A stretch of DNA of 63,468 nt, taken from positions 1 through 63,468 of the forward strand of contig JBFLZG010000063.1 in the NCBI GenBank assembly GCA_040756235.1, in the 5' to 3' direction. This DNA is from a bacterium. GTDB taxonomy: Bacteria; Desulfobacterota; DSWW01. The translations under genes were made by a program, and so were the position numbers. Under the pieces are notes generated by a model. The model was given only the letters and a program-made list of their open reading frames with translations. It ran no database searches and was not told the DNA's origin. Shown here piece after piece: positions 57,472 to 63,468 of the stretch (positions are counted from its first letter, which is position 1; each line of letters begins with the position of its first letter).

Positions 57472-58976
57472 CTTCTCTCCTTTTCCGCTGCCGCGAGGCT
57501 CTTTTCGAACCGGCGTGCCCACTGGCCGTAGTACGTGCCGCCGGCGGCAGCCTGCAGCGCCTCGAGCACCCCGCGGGCGGACGCGTACGCGCGGTCGTCG
57601 GCGTGCATTTCAGCCAGGGCACGGCAGGCCTTCAGCGCCAGCTCCTGCCGCAGAAGCGCGGCGCCGCCGTCCGGGCTGTCCGGCGGCCCTCCGCGGCCAT
57701 TCTTTGCCGACTTTCCCAACTTCGCCGACTTTGCCGCCCGCCCCAGCTCCTCGAGATCGAGGGCGGCTTCCCCGTGCGTGCCGTACAGGTCCGGAAGGAT
57801 CGCCCGCCCCACTCCCCGGAAGTAAGCCGTCAGGGTGCGGAGGTCCCCCTTGGCGGAGCTGCGGCCGGCGACCTCGAAGAAGAACGAAAGCGCCTCCTGT
57901 CCGGCCCGGAGCATGTCGAGCAGGCCCGGGGTCCGGGCGGCCCGGGCAATGCGCGCGATCCCTTCCAGCGCCCTGGCGAGCTCCGCCGCCGGCCCGGCCG
58001 GATCGGCGCGCCGGAGCTGCTCGATCGCTTCCGCCTCCCGCCCCCGGGCCAGCAGCCGCGCTCCGGCCGCGATCTCTGCGCGGCCCGCCTCCGTACCGGA
58101 GGCCCGAGCCCCGTCGCCGACCAGGCCGGCGCCCCGGGAGGCGCCGGGAGAGCGCCCCGAGGCGGCCGCCCCCGCCGGCTCTTCCGGTCCCCAGGGATCC
58201 GGCACCAGGCGGAAACGCAAGGACTCCTCGACCCGATCCGGAATCCGGTGCAGGACGTCGAGAATCCGCTCGGCGTTCAGCATGCCCAGCTTGGCGCGAA
58301 TCAGCGGCATGAAAGCGTCCAGAGTCCGGTCGCCTTCCCGGATGTAGCGCGCCGCCTCGGCCGCGCTCGCGTCCTTCAGCATCCGCTTCACGAACACCCC
58401 GGCGTCTTCCCGGACGATGCTCTCGATGTGCCGGCGGTAGAGGCCCATCATCTCCAGGGAATAGGCGAACGGCAGGCCCGCCTCCTCGCGCTGCCGCATG
58501 AGCTGGATGATCCGGCAGTCGAGGGCATCGTACACCTTGCCCCGCGGCGTCCGCTCCGGGCAGATCAACCCGCAGGCCTCCATCCGGTCGATCTGGCTGC
58601 GCGGGTAGCCGGTGTGCTGCTCGATGCGGCCGGCCGGCACCGCTCGCCCCGGGTCCGAAGCCTCCGAGAGACACATCAGCGCCTCCCCGAGAGCCAGTTC
58701 CTCGCCCATCGGCTTGCCGCTCAGGATGAGCTTGCGGATCACGCTCAGCGGGAGGAAGCGCTGGGCCTGGAGCTGCTTGATCTGGCGCACCAGCTCCACG
58801 CAGCCCGAGTCGTAGTAGGACATGGTCCGTCCGGTCTTGACCGGACGCGGCAGCAGGCCCTCCTTGAGGTAGTGCTTGATCGTGGGGACCGAGATTTCCG
58901 CCAGCTCCGCGAGCCGGCTGATCTTGATTCCCGAAGGCCTTTCCCGCTTTGCGACCGCCCTTCTACCCATTCGCAT
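57468..58976 (-). CDS. MerR-family regulator with two MerR-like modules and a helical TPR-like C-terminus
   Basis: ISRLAELAEISVPTIKHYLKEGLLP; second module (GLI.P....YD.LD..I); ATGA overlap with the next gene. Confidence 0.8.
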   Translation of the reverse strand: MRMGRRAVAKRERPSGIKISRLAELAEISVPTIKHYLKEGLLPRPVKTGRTMSYYDSGCVELVRQIKQLQAQRFLPLSVIRKLILSGKPMGEELALGEALMCLSEASDPGRAVPAGRIEQHTGYPRSQIDRMEACGLICPERTPRGKVYDALDCRIIQLMRQREEAGLPFAYSLEMMGLYRRHIESIVREDAGVFVKRMLKDASAAEAARYIREGDRTLDAFMPLIRAKLGMLNAERILDVLHRIPDRVEESLRFRLVPDPWGPEEPAGAAASGRSPGASRGAGLVGDGARASGTEAGRAEIAAGARLLARGREAEAIEQLRRADPAGPAAELARALEGIARIARAARTPGLLDMLRAGQEALSFFFEVAGRSSAKGDLRTLTAYFRGVGRAILPDLYGTHGEAALDLEELGRAAKSAKLGKSAKNGRGGPPDSPDGGAALLRQELALKACRALAEMHADDRAYASARGVLEALQAAAGGTYYGQWARRFEKSLAAAEKERR

Positions 58977-59073
58977 GCCCCCGAGCTGTCAAAACCAGGG
59001 AGTTCCAGTCGGCAGGGTGGACCAAGCCGAAGGCGCGTCCACCAGCCTGGCCCAGCGAAGCAATCATGTTAGC

Positions 59074-59127
59074 AACTAGGAGGTTCTAGTTTCTAGTTTA
59101 CTAACACCACCCGCGCCGGGTTGTCAA
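59074..59127 (-). promoter_or_regulatory. Putative promoter/operator for the MerR operon
   Basis: TTGACA on the minus strand (59122-59127); AACTAG-N6-CTAGTT palindrome plus a second TTCTAGTTT. Confidence 0.45.
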
Positions 59128-59292
59128 TCTATTTTTTTCGCCCGCCTGCCCTTTGCCGTGCGGAACCGAGCCCGCATGCTGCGACATTTCTTGGCCCGGC
59201 CGGGCTCCGGAGGTAAAGTCCTGGCCCGTACCAACCGAACAGAAATAGCAGGGAATTGTTGCGCCTGAAGGCTGTCACGCGGGTGGAGGGGA

Positions 59293-60630
59293 ATGGAACA
59301 GGGATACTGGGTCACCCTGGATCGGCTGCAGATCGGCATGTACATCCGGGTCGGAGGGAGCTGGCTCGACCATCCATTCTGGCTCAGCAGCTTCAAGATC
59401 CGCGAGGCCGGCCAGATCGAGGAGCTTCGGCGTGCCGGCGTGGCCGGCGTGGAATGGGTGCCGGAGAAGAGCGATCGGCCCCCGCTGCCGTCGGCGCCGC
59501 TGCCGGCGGACGGCGACGGCAACGGGGACGGTAACGGGAGCGGGAGCGGGGACAAGACAGCCTCCCCTCAGGAGAGCCGGGAAGGCCCGACGGCCTCCGC
59601 ACCCGATCCGCTCGAGCTCGAACGGGTCCTGGCAATCAAGAGGGAGCGCCTCCGGGCGATCCGGGAGAAAAGGGACCGGCTGCTGCGCGAGGAGAAACGA
59701 TACGAGGAAGGGCTCCTGGGCATCCGGCGGATGATGCGCCACCTGACCACCTTCTCCAAGGAGACGGTGAGGGAAGCGGATGCGCTGATCAAGGACATCG
59801 TCTCCAGCGTGCTCGCCGACAAGGACGTCGCCCTGCACCTGGTGAACCTGCAGAAGTCCGGAGAGTCGTTCTACCATGCCCTCAACGTGGCCGTCCTGTC
59901 CCTGATGCTCGGCAAGGAGTGCGGCCTCGAGATGGAGCAGCTGAGGAACCTGGGCCACGGGGCCCTCTTCCATGACATCGGCAAGGAAGCTCGCCCGGAG
60001 CCTCCCTCTCCCTCTAAGGAAGAAGAGGCCGCACCGGTCCTCGACTGCGCGGCGGTGCGAACCCACCCCTGGTCCGGGGAGCAGATCCTGACCCGGACCG
60101 GAAGCTTCTCCGCGGAAACCTGCCGGATCATCCGCCAGCACCACGAGGCCAGCGACGGAACGGGGTATCCGGACGGCTTGAGGGGCGACGCGATCTCGCA
60201 CCTGGCCAGGATCACCGCGATCGCCAACGTCTACGACAACCTGTGCAACGGCGAAGAACCGGAGAGGCGCGTGAGCCCGCACAAGGCCTGCGCCTGGATG
60301 TTCGCCCGCATGAAGGAGAGCTTCGATCCCCAGCTCCTTCCGCTCTTCATCCGCTGCATGGGGGTCTATCCCCCGGGCACCATCGTGCAGCTTTCCGACG
60401 GCCTGTTCGGGGTGGTGGTCGCCACGAACGCGAACAACTCGTTGCGGCCCGACGTCCTGGTCCACGATCCCCGTCCGGTGGAGGAGAAGACCGGGGTCGT
60501 GGTGCTGGAGGTAAGACCCGATCTTTCCATCGTGAGAAGCCTGCTCCCGCAGGAGCTGCCGCGAGAGTCGTACCGGCATCTGCAGCCGAGAGCGTGGTGT
60601 CTCGCCGAAACCCAAGCGCCCAACCCCTAG
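59293..60630 (+). CDS. DUF3391 + HD-GYP cyclic-dinucleotide phosphodiesterase-like protein
   Basis: LQIGMYI...W..HPF; HDIGK; HHE..DGTGYP; YPPGTIVQL. Confidence 0.88.
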   Translation: MEQGYWVTLDRLQIGMYIRVGGSWLDHPFWLSSFKIREAGQIEELRRAGVAGVEWVPEKSDRPPLPSAPLPADGDGNGDGNGSGSGDKTASPQESREGPTASAPDPLELERVLAIKRERLRAIREKRDRLLREEKRYEEGLLGIRRMMRHLTTFSKETVREADALIKDIVSSVLADKDVALHLVNLQKSGESFYHALNVAVLSLMLGKECGLEMEQLRNLGHGALFHDIGKEARPEPPSPSKEEEAAPVLDCAAVRTHPWSGEQILTRTGSFSAETCRIIRQHHEASDGTGYPDGLRGDAISHLARITAIANVYDNLCNGEEPERRVSPHKACAWMFARMKESFDPQLLPLFIRCMGVYPPGTIVQLSDGLFGVVVATNANNSLRPDVLVHDPRPVEEKTGVVVLEVRPDLSIVRSLLPQELPRESYRHLQPRAWCLAETQAPNP

Positions 60631-60661
60631 AGGAACAGCCGCGTCCAGGGAGCCTCCCGTC

Positions 60662-63136
<2,475 letters not shown>

Positions 63137-63137
63137 C

Positions 63138-63342
63138 CTCTTCTCCCCCCTTTCGCAAAGGGGGGTCGGGGGGGGATTTCTCCTCTCCGCCTCTTCCTCC
63201 CTGTAGGGGCGACGCACGCGTCGCCCTCAGCTGATTCCAAGCGAGCCGCGTGCACCCCGGTAGGGTGGACAAAGCCGCAGGCGTGTCCACCAACCCCAGC
63301 CACCCATGGCGAGCGTCCCCGGAATCCAACTCTTCTCCCCCC
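63138..63342. repeat. Cluster of palindromic repeats downstream of the kinase
   Basis: CCCCCCTTT-CGC-AAAGGGGGG hairpin; GTAG REPs at 63203 and 63259. Confidence 0.7.
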
Positions 63343-63468
63343 TGATCAGCGACAATCAAAATTCCCGTCTGGCGTCAATTAAAATTCCCGTTGTGAGAAA
63401 GCAAACATTAGACTATCCGAGCACTCCAGGGGAGAGGAGGCTCGGATGGTCACGGATGCTCAGGTGAG
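63343..63468 (+). mobile_element. Left end of an IS21-family insertion sequence
   Basis: TG terminus; tandem GCGACAATCAAAATTCCCG / GCGTCAATTAAAATTCCCG with 23-bp period; ORF begins MVTDAQV. Confidence 0.75.
63446..63468 (+). CDS. istA: IS21 transposase, N-terminal fragment cut by the window edge
   Basis: GGAGG RBS then ATGGTCACGGATGCTCAGGTG (MVTDAQV), resembling IstA N-termini. Confidence 0.6.

Noticed and set aside
59511..59550. GDGNGDGNGSGSG micro-repeat in the HD-GYP gene
   Set aside because: Ordinary flexible linker with imperfect repeats; no sign of phase variation

Overview
High-GC bacterial chromosomal window; the gene content suggests an anaerobic Desulfobacterota-like organism (inference). 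Left part: FadH-like reductase, a PEP-utilizer/TSUP/DVU0150-like module, an ADH-ThDP enzyme-CCG Fe-S run, a MoxR/vWA pair, a 3D-domain protein and a TetR-TolC-MFP-RND efflux operon. Middle: several unannotated small membrane-peptide ORFs (two behind sigma54 promoters), an Ltp4/Ltp3-like thiolase-fold/DUF35/SCP2 lipid catabolic operon, and an ECF sigma factor coupled to a zinc anti-sigma-Ogt-Ada(Zn) fusion. A probable defence island (about 33.6-47.1 kb) carries a RelE-like/SF1 helicase/TPR protein preceded by a 31-aa peptide that copies part of its N-terminus, and a type I R-M system with an HTH-fused HsdM interrupted by an ORF6N gene and a low-GC P-loop ATPase. Right part: a MerR-headed hydantoinase/oxoprolinase catabolic operon, HD-GYP protein, hybrid histidine kinase and the left end of an IS21 element. 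Several REP and MITE-like repeat families fill the intergenic gaps. I saw no rRNA, tRNA or CRISPR array. All calls come from motif recognition by eye; no searches were run.
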